From Gemmatimonadales bacterium (GTDB lineage: Bacteria > Gemmatimonadota > Gemmatimonadetes > Gemmatimonadales > GWC2-71-9): 45,144 bases of DNA. Under the pieces are notes generated by a model. That model was not told the DNA's origin, did not search any database, and worked only from the letters and a program-made list of their open reading frames with translations. The stretch spans positions 1 to 45,144 of the forward strand of contig JABFSM010000046.1 in NCBI GenBank assembly GCA_013140635.1, in the 5' to 3' direction. The first letter of the stretch is position 1. Each line of letters begins with the position of its first letter. The translations under genes and the position numbers were made by a program. Below, one piece after another: positions 27,910 through 36,282 of this stretch.

Positions 27910-28521
27910 CTAGCGCGTGAGGATCATCACTGCCCAGTTGAGCGTCGCTATGGCCATCGAGGCCATTCCCACCGTGCGATGGAATCGCCCCGGGTCCTCG
28001 CGATTTCGCGCGCTTTCGGCCAGCGACGTGCCGGTGTAGGCGAATCCCGCCCCAGCCGCGAGGAAGAGCAGGGAGTGCACCGTCCTCTTCACTTGGCCGC
28101 GCGGGTCCTTCCTGCCCTCCATGAAATTCCAGACGCCGGTGATCGTATTTGCCGTGAAGAGGGCCGCGGTGCCATAGGCGAGCGGCTTGTGGAGGCTTCT
28201 CGCCCAGTCCGGCGGGTTGTTGCGATTCGTGAGAATGGCGTTGCCGGTGACGTATGAACCGACGAACATCGGGATCATCGCATAGCTCAGGGTGCGGTGG
28301 ATCTTGAGGCGCATCCGGTATCCGTCGCCGTATTCGATGGCCTTGATGTGCGGGCGGCTTCGGGCCGTGTCCGGTTCAGCCGCTGTGCGAAGGGTGCTCC
28401 AATCGACGGCGGCTCCATGAATCGCCGGGACGGCGGTCTTGAGAGCGGTGTCTCCCACCGCGAGCGCGGGTGAGGCCGTCGAGGAGAGGGTCTGCGCGAT
28501 CAGCGCAAAGACGGTATGCAT
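27910..28521 (-). CDS. Four-helix membrane protein with four His (cytochrome b561-like pattern), copy B
   Basis: Paralog of 26490-27110 (AIEY, KIHRTLS, SLHKPLA, ANTITG.WN, TVHSLLF, FHRTVG). Confidence 0.65.
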   Translation of the reverse strand: MHTVFALIAQTLSSTASPALAVGDTALKTAVPAIHGAAVDWSTLRTAAEPDTARSRPHIKAIEYGDGYRMRLKIHRTLSYAMIPMFVGSYVTGNAILTNRNNPPDWARSLHKPLAYGTAALFTANTITGVWNFMEGRKDPRGQVKRTVHSLLFLAAGAGFAYTGTSLAESARNREDPGRFHRTVGMASMAIATLNWAVMILTR

Positions 28522-28563
28522 GTGGACTGGTCAGCGGGTGAGGGTCGGCATGACCCCGGAGGT

Positions 28564-28580
28564 CGCAGAGGCCATGCCAG
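28564..28580 (-). promoter_or_regulatory. Sigma54 (-24/-12) promoter
   Basis: Minus strand CTGGCATGGCCTCTGCG gives GG-N10-GC, 43 nt before the start codon. Confidence 0.6.
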
Positions 28581-28680
28581 TTGCGATGCGGAGCCTGCGG
28601 ATTGCACCCTCTTGCATTCCGACCCGGCGTTGGAGCCACGCTGACCGGTGTGCCATGCAACATGGTGCGCCCACCCCGAA

Positions 28681-28718
28681 GAGGGAGGGGGGAAGAGGGA
28701 AGCGGGAAGAGGGGAGGG
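28681..28718 (+). repeat. Purine heptamer tract
   Basis: GAGGGAG GGGGGAA GAGGGAA GCGGGAA GAGGGGA, the same unit family as at 8962 and 18304. Confidence 0.6.
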
Positions 28719-28790
28719 GTCATTGCGAGGCGCGTAGCGCCGAAGCAATCTCCCGAGATCGCCACGGCCGCTTCGCGGCCTCGCGATGAC
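28719..28790. repeat. REP/RPE-like palindromic miniature element
   Basis: Terminal inverted repeats GTCATTGCGAGG / CCTCGCGATGAC (one mismatch). Internal GAAGCAATCTC..GAGATCGCCAC stem and GGCCGC-TTC-GCGGCC hairpin. Confidence 0.75.
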
Positions 28791-28821
28791 ATTCCCGCCC
28801 CCCCCACGCAACGCTTTCAGG

Positions 28822-28854
28822 ACATAGAGCGTCTATCCCGTAGACTAACTATGT
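28822..28854 (+). promoter_or_regulatory. Compound palindromic operator-like site before padR
   Basis: ACATAG-AGC-GTCTA-TCCCG-TAGAC-TAA-CTATGT, readable as two 15-mers: CATAGAGCGTCTATC (28823) and CGTAGACTAACTATG (28839). Confidence 0.6.
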
Positions 28855-28855
28855 T

Positions 28856-29203
28856 ATGGCCATGACTCCGACCCCTTCCTCCAAGCGGGACCTGCTGCCG
28901 GGTACCCTCGACATGCTCATCCTCAAGACCCTGACCAGCCAGTCGATGCACGGCTACGGGATCGCCCAGCACATTCAGCGGCTCTCGCAAGATGTCATCC
29001 GGGTGGAGGAGGGCTCCTTATATCCGGCGCTCCAGCGGATGCGCCAGAAGGGGTGGATCAAGGCGGAGTGGGGGCAGACCCCCAATAACCAGCGCGCCCG
29101 GTACTACACCGTTACCCGGACCGGCCGCCGCCAATTGGGTACCGAAGAATCCAGCTTTGCCGACCTCATGGTCGCCATCGCCCGCATCATGAAACCGGCG
29201 TGA
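28856..29203 (+). CDS. PadR-family transcriptional regulator (Acidobacterial type)
   Basis: LLPGTLDMLILKTL..HGYGIAQHI..EEGSLYPALQRM..NNQRARYYTVT. Start 28856 or 28862. Confidence 0.92.
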   Translation: MAMTPTPSSKRDLLPGTLDMLILKTLTSQSMHGYGIAQHIQRLSQDVIRVEEGSLYPALQRMRQKGWIKAEWGQTPNNQRARYYTVTRTGRRQLGTEESSFADLMVAIARIMKPA

Positions 29204-29211
29204 CAGGCGCT

Positions 29212-31899
29212 ATGCGCGAGTGGCTGGCCCGACTCCGAGATTGGTGGCGCCGAGATCGGCTCGATCGCGATCTGGGGGAGGAGCTGCGCTTTCACCGCGA
29301 GCATCTCGAGCGAGATGCGCAAGCCGCTGGGGCGGGAGCTGAAGAAGCGCGGCTCGCCGCCCGCCGGCGGCTCGGCCAGGTGACCCGGTACCAGGAAGAA
29401 GCCCGCGACCGTTGGTCGTGGCCGTGGCTCGACTCTTTCCTCCAAGATCTGCGCTATGCGATGCGCGGGCTCCGCCGCTCCCCCGGTTTTGCGGCGACCG
29501 TCATCGTGACGCTCGGGCTCGGCATCGGGGCCAACGCCGCGATGTTCAGCATCATCGACCGGCTCATGTTCCGGCCTTTTCCGTATCTCCGGGATCCAGG
29601 GGTGGTACACCGAGTCTATCTCCAGACCACGTCGCGCGGGCGGGTCTTCACCAACTTCACGATTCCGTATACTCGCTATCTCGATTTGAGAGGTTCGACC
29701 AGCTCGTTCTCCCAATACGCCGCCTTTTCGGAGCGGACGCTGGCGGTGGGTTTGGGTGAGGCGGCGCGCGAACAGCGGATCGCGGCCGTCAGCGCCTCAT
29801 TCTTCGATTTTTTCGATGCGCGTCCCGCCCTCGGCCGGTTCTTCGGCGCGCCGGAGGACTCGATTCCTCGGGGGGCCACGGTCGTTGTCCTCGGCCATGC
29901 GTTCTGGGAGACCGCCTTCGGCGGGAAGAACGTCATTGGCCAAACACTCGAGATAGGGACTCTCGGCTACACGATCATCGGCGTTGCGCCAAGAGGCTTT
30001 GTCGGTGTGGCGGAGGACCCGGTTCCGGCCGCTTTCATCCCGATCACGACCGTCGCGGCGAACGAGGGACGCTGGGATATCGACACTTATTTCACCCGCT
30101 ACAACTGGGATTTCACCAGCGTGATGGTGCGGCGAAAACCGGGAGTCACCGAAGCGTCTGCGTCGGTCGATCTGAGCAGTGCTTTTGCCAAGAGTCGCGA
30201 TGCGCAGCGACTGATCAATCCCGCCGTGGCGCCGGCCGCCGTGGCGAGGCCGCGGGGAATCGCCGGGCCGCTCAAGACCGCCGCCGGCCCGGACGCCGGA
30301 CTCGAAGCGAAGACGCTGCTGTGGGTCACCGGGGTAGCTGTCATCGTCATGCTCATTGCCTGCGCCAATGTGACCAACCTCATGTTCGCCCGCCTTCTCC
30401 GCCGCCGCCGCGAAATCGCGATGCGGCTGGCGCTCGGGGTCAGCCGGCCGCGTCTCGTAACGCAGTTGCTGACCGAGAGCTTGCTGTTGGCGTTGTTGGG
30501 GTGCGTCGCCGGTCTTGGTATTGCGCAGTGGGGCGGGGCGGCGTTCCGTCTCCTCGCGCTCCCGAACGGAACCGGCGACGCTCCGGCCGCCGATTGGCGT
30601 ACCCTTGGCGTAGCGTTCGCCTGTGCGCTCGCCGCCGGGCTGGTCACGTCGGTTGGTCCAGCGCTCCTCGCGATCCGCGGTGACTTGGCCACAACCCTCC
30701 GGGCCGGCGCGCGCGAGGGGACCTATCAGCGTTCCCGTACCCGCTCGGTGCTGCTGGTCGCACAGGGCGCCCTCTCCGTCATTCTGCTTGTCGGTGCCGG
30801 TCTTTTTGTCCGGAGCCTTGCCAACGTCCGCGCGATGCCCCTTGGCTACGACGCCAGGCCGGTCCTGATGGCCCAGCTAAGGCCTCGCGGTTTCGAGATG
30901 GACAGCGGTGCAAATCGGCGATACCAGGATCGCATGTTGGAAACCGCCCAATCCATTGTCGGCGTGGAAAGCGCGGCGCGAGTGAACACGCGCCTCTTCG
31001 CGACAAACATGGAGCTGTTGTACGTCGACGGAATCGACTCGGTTCAGAAGCTGGGCCGCTTCGTCATTCAGCTCGCCACGCCCGAATACTTCACGGTGAT
31101 GGACACCAGGATCCTCCGCGGGCGCCCGTTCACCGCGGCAGATGACAGTCGTGCGCCGCGAGTGACGGTCGTGAGCGAATCGATGGCGGAGGCGCTCTGG
31201 CCCGGCAGAGAGGCGCTTGGCCGGTGCATCCGCATCAGCGCGGACACGATGCCGTGCACCACGGTCATTGGAATCGCGGAGGATGCGGCCTACAACGACC
31301 TGACCGATGAAAGACGGCTGACGCATTACCTGCCGCTTGCCCAATCCCGGCCCGGGAGTGGAGGCACCATCCTGCTGCGGATGGCGGGACGAGAGCCGTC
31401 CTCCAGCGTCGAGCAGGTCCGGCGCGAACTGCAGAGAGTGATGCCGGGGCAAGGCTACGTCACCGTTCGCCCGCTCGAAGAGATCGTCGACGGTCAACGG
31501 CGGTCATGGAAGCTCGGCGCCACCATGTTCGTGGCCTTCGGCATTCTGGCCCTGCTTGTGGCCGCCGTGGGGCTCTATGGGGTGATCTCGTACAACGTGG
31601 CTCAGCGGCTGCACGAGCTTGGCGTGCGAGTGGCGCTCGGCGCGCAGCCGCGCGATGTGGTGCGGCTGGTGGTCGGCCAGGGCCTCCGATTCGCCCTGTT
31701 GGGCATCGGCGTCGGGTTGACGCTCGCGTTGTTGGGTGCCCGGTGGATTCAACCGCTGCTCTTTCGTCAGTCGGCGCGGGATCCAGTCACCTACGGCGCG
31801 ATCGCGGGGATCCTCCTGCTCGTGGCTTTGATGGCGAGCGCCATTCCCGCGCGACGCGCCACCCGCGCCGACCCCAATTCAGCGCTCCGCTCCGACTGA
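29212..31899 (+). CDS. ADOP-family duplicated permease
   Basis: MREWLARLRDWWRRDRLDRDLGEELRFH..QDLRYA..LGLGIGANAAMFS, two FtsX modules, ends RATRADPNSALRSD. Alternative GTG start at 29200. Confidence 0.9.
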   Translation: MREWLARLRDWWRRDRLDRDLGEELRFHREHLERDAQAAGAGAEEARLAARRRLGQVTRYQEEARDRWSWPWLDSFLQDLRYAMRGLRRSPGFAATVIVTLGLGIGANAAMFSIIDRLMFRPFPYLRDPGVVHRVYLQTTSRGRVFTNFTIPYTRYLDLRGSTSSFSQYAAFSERTLAVGLGEAAREQRIAAVSASFFDFFDARPALGRFFGAPEDSIPRGATVVVLGHAFWETAFGGKNVIGQTLEIGTLGYTIIGVAPRGFVGVAEDPVPAAFIPITTVAANEGRWDIDTYFTRYNWDFTSVMVRRKPGVTEASASVDLSSAFAKSRDAQRLINPAVAPAAVARPRGIAGPLKTAAGPDAGLEAKTLLWVTGVAVIVMLIACANVTNLMFARLLRRRREIAMRLALGVSRPRLVTQLLTESLLLALLGCVAGLGIAQWGGAAFRLLALPNGTGDAPAADWRTLGVAFACALAAGLVTSVGPALLAIRGDLATTLRAGAREGTYQRSRTRSVLLVAQGALSVILLVGAGLFVRSLANVRAMPLGYDARPVLMAQLRPRGFEMDSGANRRYQDRMLETAQSIVGVESAARVNTRLFATNMELLYVDGIDSVQKLGRFVIQLATPEYFTVMDTRILRGRPFTAADDSRAPRVTVVSESMAEALWPGREALGRCIRISADTMPCTTVIGIAEDAAYNDLTDERRLTHYLPLAQSRPGSGGTILLRMAGREPSSSVEQVRRELQRVMPGQGYVTVRPLEEIVDGQRRSWKLGATMFVAFGILALLVAAVGLYGVISYNVAQRLHELGVRVALGAQPRDVVRLVVGQGLRFALLGIGVGLTLALLGARWIQPLLFRQSARDPVTYGAIAGILLLVALMASAIPARRATRADPNSALRSD

Positions 31900-31913
31900 G
31901 GGGGGACAGCTCC

Positions 31914-34601
31914 ATGCGCGAATGGCTCGCTCGACTGCACGACTGGTTCCGCCGAGATCGGCTCGATCGCGAGCTGGGCGAGGAACTCCAGCTTCACCGG
32001 GAGCACCTCGAACGGGATGCCCGTGCCGAAGGAGTAGGCGCCGAAGAAGCGGTCTTTGCGGCGCGCCGCCGGCTCGGGCAGGTGACGCGGTATCAAGAGG
32101 AAGCCCGCGACCGCTGGTCCTGGCCCTGGCTCGATCACCTGCGGCAAGACCTGCGGTACGCCTTTCGAGGTCTGCGCCGCTCCCCCGGGTTCACGACCAC
32201 CGTCATCCTGACCCTGGGCCTTGGCATCGGGGCCAACGCGGCGATGTTCGGCATCATCGACCGGCTCATGTTCCGGCCCTTTCCTTACTTGCGCGATCCG
32301 GGGGCCGTTCATCGAGTCTACCTGCAGTGGCATGACCGCGGGCAACGGCAGCTGCCCACGACATACCAATACACCCGGTATCTCGATCTTCTGAAATGGA
32401 CCACCGGGTTCAGCCAATTGGCCGTCGTCTCGCACGGGCGGCTGGCCGTCGGCCTCGGCGACGTGGCGCGGGAGCGCCAGATCGCCCGAGTCAGCGCCTC
32501 CTTCTTCGACTTCTTCGACGCCCGGCCGACGTTGGGCCGGTTCTTCGTTGCGGCGGAGGATGCGACGCCGATGGGGGCGCCTGTCGTGGTGTTGAGCCAC
32601 GCGTTCTGGCAATCGGAATACGGTGGTGACGACGTGGTCGGGAAGGCGCTGCAGGTCGGGAACGTGATGAGCACGATCATTGGGGTGGCGCCGCCTGGAT
32701 TCGTGGGTGTGGGCGAACCCGATCCGGCGGTGTTCATGCCGATCACGACCTACGCCGGGTCCGTCAGCCTGCCCAACGACCCGAGTGCCTATTTCACCCG
32801 CTACGATCTGGGATGGGTGAACGTGATTGCGCGCCGCCGGCCCGGCGTGAGCGTTGAGGAGGCCTCGGCAGACCTGAGTCGGGCATACTTGCTGAGCTGG
32901 AATGCGGAGCGCCTCATCGATCCGGAAGTCACTCCGCCGGAGCTGGCTCGCCCGACGGCGATGGCCGGGCCCCTCAAGGCGGCCGCAGGTCCGCTGGCGG
33001 GCCTCGAATCCAAGACCCTGCGCTGGGTGATGGGCGTGGCCGTGATCGTCCTCCTGATCGCGTGCGCCAACGTGACGAACCTCATGTTTGCCAGAGTCCT
33101 TCGTCGCCAGCGCGAGATTGCGGTACGCCTAGCGCTCGGCGTGAGTCGCGGCCGCCTTCTGGCCCAGGCGTTGACCGAGAGCCTGCTCCTGGCCGCTCTC
33201 GGTTGCCTGACGGGGCTCGCGGTGGCCCAATGGGGGGGCGCCGCGCTCCGCCGTCTCTATCTGCCAAGTGTCTCCTCACTCGATGTATTCACCGATTGGC
33301 GCACGCTCGGCGCGGCCACCGCACTTGCGCTGGCGGCGGGGCTCATCACCGCGCTCGGACCGGCGTGGTTGGCCACCCACAGCGACCTCGCGACCACCCT
33401 CAAGGCCGGTGCGCGGGAAGGAACCTACCACCGGTCGCGGACCCGCTCGGCGCTCCTGATACTGCAGGGTGCGCTCTCGGTCGTTCTCCTCATCGGCGCG
33501 GGGCTGTTCGTCCGCAGCCTCAACAACGTCCGTCAGATGCGCCTGGGTTACGACGCCGAGCCGGTTCTCATGGCGAGCCAGAGCCTCCGCGGCTTGCGCC
33601 TGAATGACAGCGCGCGAGTGGCGCTCGGCCGCCGACTCCTCGAAGCGGCCAGGACGGTGCCCGGCGTCGAGCGTTCGACCTGGGTCAGCAGCATCCCGTT
33701 CTGGAGCACGTCGACCACCGCCTTCTTCGTACCCGGCGTCGATTCGGTCCGCCATCTCGGACGGTTCACCTACCAGCTCTCCACGCCGGGCTACTTCGCG
33801 ACGATGGGCACGCGCATCGTGCGCGGGCGCGCCTACGACGAATCCGATCGCGCCGAAGCGCCCCGAGTGGTGGTGGTGAGCGAAGCGATGGCTGGGGCAC
33901 TCTGGCCGGGCCAGGACCCGATTGGGAAGTGCATGCGCATCGGGGCGGACACGATGCCGTGCAGCACGGTCATCGGAGTCGCCGAGGATGCGGTGCAAAA
34001 CAGCCTCACCGATGACCAACGTTTCCGGTACTACCTGCCTCTGGATCAGTTCCGGCCCGCGAACGGCCACACGCTGCTGCTCCGGATGCGGGGGAGCCCC
34101 ATACAGCAGGTGGAAGGGGTTCGCCGGGCGTTGCAGCGGGTCATGCCGGGCCAATCCTATATTACGGTCCGTCCGCTGGACGAGCTGCTCGCCGGGCAGC
34201 GGAGGTCGTGGCAGCTGGGCGCCACCATGTTCGTGGCCTTCGGTTTCCTTGCGCTCCTGGTGGCGGCGGTGGGACTCTACGGCGTCATCACGTATAACGT
34301 GGCGCAGCGGATGCACGAGCTCGGCGTCAGAATCGCGCTCGGGGCTCGGTCGTCACACCTCGTGCGGCTGGTCGTGGGGCAGGGCGTTCGGTTCGCGGTG
34401 GCGGGGGTCACGCTCGGGCTCGGCGCGGCGCTCCTCGGGGCCAGGTGGATCCAGCCGCTGCTCTTCCGGCAATCGGCAACAGACCCCGCCACCTACGGCG
34501 TGGTGGCGGGGCTGCTCCTGCTCGTCGCATGTGCGGCGTGCGTGGTGCCCGCGGTTCGGGCCACCCGCGCCGATCCGAATTCGGCGCTCCGTTCGGACTG
34601 A
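31914..34601 (+). CDS. ADOP-family duplicated permease (close paralog of the preceding gene)
   Basis: MREWLARLHDWFRRDRLDRELGEEL. ATG 31914 follows a GAGGGGG RBS. Same length and C-terminus as the preceding gene. Confidence 0.9.
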   Translation: MREWLARLHDWFRRDRLDRELGEELQLHREHLERDARAEGVGAEEAVFAARRRLGQVTRYQEEARDRWSWPWLDHLRQDLRYAFRGLRRSPGFTTTVILTLGLGIGANAAMFGIIDRLMFRPFPYLRDPGAVHRVYLQWHDRGQRQLPTTYQYTRYLDLLKWTTGFSQLAVVSHGRLAVGLGDVARERQIARVSASFFDFFDARPTLGRFFVAAEDATPMGAPVVVLSHAFWQSEYGGDDVVGKALQVGNVMSTIIGVAPPGFVGVGEPDPAVFMPITTYAGSVSLPNDPSAYFTRYDLGWVNVIARRRPGVSVEEASADLSRAYLLSWNAERLIDPEVTPPELARPTAMAGPLKAAAGPLAGLESKTLRWVMGVAVIVLLIACANVTNLMFARVLRRQREIAVRLALGVSRGRLLAQALTESLLLAALGCLTGLAVAQWGGAALRRLYLPSVSSLDVFTDWRTLGAATALALAAGLITALGPAWLATHSDLATTLKAGAREGTYHRSRTRSALLILQGALSVVLLIGAGLFVRSLNNVRQMRLGYDAEPVLMASQSLRGLRLNDSARVALGRRLLEAARTVPGVERSTWVSSIPFWSTSTTAFFVPGVDSVRHLGRFTYQLSTPGYFATMGTRIVRGRAYDESDRAEAPRVVVVSEAMAGALWPGQDPIGKCMRIGADTMPCSTVIGVAEDAVQNSLTDDQRFRYYLPLDQFRPANGHTLLLRMRGSPIQQVEGVRRALQRVMPGQSYITVRPLDELLAGQRRSWQLGATMFVAFGFLALLVAAVGLYGVITYNVAQRMHELGVRIALGARSSHLVRLVVGQGVRFAVAGVTLGLGAALLGARWIQPLLFRQSATDPATYGVVAGLLLLVACAACVVPAVRATRADPNSALRSD

Positions 34602-34607
34602 TGCCGG

Positions 34608-35843
34608 CTACGGCTTCTTCAGCGTCGCTCCGGCCAACTGCGCGACGGCCGCGAGGGTGGTCTGCGCCGCGTTGAGCCCCAAGCGGAAGTCTTTGTCGGA
34701 AAAAGTCGAGAACACGTCGATCGGCTGGTGCCAGGTCGGATTCCAGCCGCTGCCGGTATCCCGGAGCCGCTCGTTCTCCCGGAGGGAGATCGACGGCACG
34801 AGATCCTGGAACGACCTGGAGTCGGTGTTGCTCATACGGTCGCCGACGTTGGCGGGGTAGTCCGTTGCATAACGGTCATTGGCGGTGCGAAAGAACCACG
34901 CCAGCTTCTGCGCCTCCACCGCGAACTTCGAGGTGGCGGCGAACTCGATGTTGACGTCGGCCTCCCGGCGCTGCTCGGGGCTCACTTTGCCGTCGGGACC
35001 CGGGGCCCCGTGGTCCCACATCATCATGTCATGCTGGATCATGCCGAGCCACTTCGGCTCGGGGTACTTTCCGGAGCCGGCCGGGTCTTCCTTTCCCTGC
35101 AAGTCCTTCCGCTGCTCGACGTACGCGGTGGCGCCGTTGAGCCCGGTCTCTTCGTTGTTCCAGAGGGCAAAGCGAATCGATCGCTCCGTCTGCACGTCGG
35201 GGGAGTTGAGAATGCGCGCCAATTCCATGACCAGCGCGGTACCGGAGCCGTCGTCATTCACGGCGGCGCCGAAACCATGTCCGTCCATGTGGGCGCCGAT
35301 GATGTACATCTCGTCCGGGCGGGTGGCGCCGATCTTGGTGCAGTACACCTCCTCCCGCGGGCCGGGCGTATCGGGCTCCGCGTTGATTCGCCGGAGCGCG
35401 GTGTCGGGCTGCAATTCCGGATTGATGTTGACGCCCGTGGGGCCCCGAAACCCTTTCACCGGATTGGCGGGGGGACGCGGCCCAGCCGGAGTCGCGGGGC
35501 GCCGGGTTGTGGTGTCGCCCGGAAGCCGAAGCTGCCGGCCGGTGTACTCGTACTTGATCCGCTCCGTATTGGTGCAGCCGTAGCTCTTGAGTTGGGCCTC
35601 GATCCAGTCGGTGGCCGCACGGTTCCGCGCCGTCCCTTGCCGGCGATCGCCGAACTGCGCCAATCCCTTGAGCGTGTTCTTGTACGCATCGAGCGCAAGC
35701 CGGCCGACCAGCGTCCTGACCGGGTCGTCGGCCGGTGCCTGGGTCGCCGCCTGGCCCGGGGCCGAGGCGGCTTGCGCGTTGAGCGACGAGGCGAGGGGAA
35801 GCGCGACTCCATACGCGGCAACGGCAAGAACGATTGAGCGCAC
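34608..35843 (-). CDS. Exported M28-family metallopeptidase
   Basis: IIGAHMD, NDDGSG, WNNEETGL, QHDM, NTDSRSF, WHQPID. Signal peptide from GTG 35843. Confidence 0.85.
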   Translation of the reverse strand: MRSIVLAVAAYGVALPLASSLNAQAASAPGQAATQAPADDPVRTLVGRLALDAYKNTLKGLAQFGDRRQGTARNRAATDWIEAQLKSYGCTNTERIKYEYTGRQLRLPGDTTTRRPATPAGPRPPANPVKGFRGPTGVNINPELQPDTALRRINAEPDTPGPREEVYCTKIGATRPDEMYIIGAHMDGHGFGAAVNDDGSGTALVMELARILNSPDVQTERSIRFALWNNEETGLNGATAYVEQRKDLQGKEDPAGSGKYPEPKWLGMIQHDMMMWDHGAPGPDGKVSPEQRREADVNIEFAATSKFAVEAQKLAWFFRTANDRYATDYPANVGDRMSNTDSRSFQDLVPSISLRENERLRDTGSGWNPTWHQPIDVFSTFSDKDFRLGLNAAQTTLAAVAQLAGATLKKP

Positions 35844-35916
35844 CTGGTGTCTCCGGGAATCGGTGGGGAACGACAGAAAAACTACGCCGGCCCGGGGCGG
35901 GCGGCTACTGCGCCGG

Positions 35917-36282
35917 TCATCGGCCCTTGGCCGGGCCCTTCGCATCGGGCGGCTCGAACACTTCGACCGCGAGCGTGAAGGTGCGTTTTTCCGCGGGGCC
36001 GAGCGCGCCGACGCCGACGACCTGCCGGGAAACCTCTTCGCCGCGCTCGTTCTTGATCGAAAGCATAACGGAATACTCCCACGCGCCCCCCACGGCGGGG
36101 TGGCGCACCGTTCCCTCGACCCGGAGCGGCACCGCGCTCGGGATCGCCCGCTCCGCCGCCCCGGGGTCGAAGCGCAGGTGATGCCGGCACGCCGGACAAA
36201 CGCTGGCGCTCTCGAGAATCGCCGCCCGGCAATGGGGGCAGGTGCGAACCGCCCCCGGTGCTCCCTGCCGTGCCGTGCTCAC
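35917..36282 (-). CDS. Zinc-ribbon (CxxC..CxxC) hypothetical protein
   Basis: CPHC-x10-CPAC followed by a beta-rich domain. GTGA overlap with bactofilin. Confidence 0.7.
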   Translation of the reverse strand: MSTARQGAPGAVRTCPHCRAAILESASVCPACRHHLRFDPGAAERAIPSAVPLRVEGTVRHPAVGGAWEYSVMLSIKNERGEEVSRQVVGVGALGPAEKRTFTLAVEVFEPPDAKGPAKGR

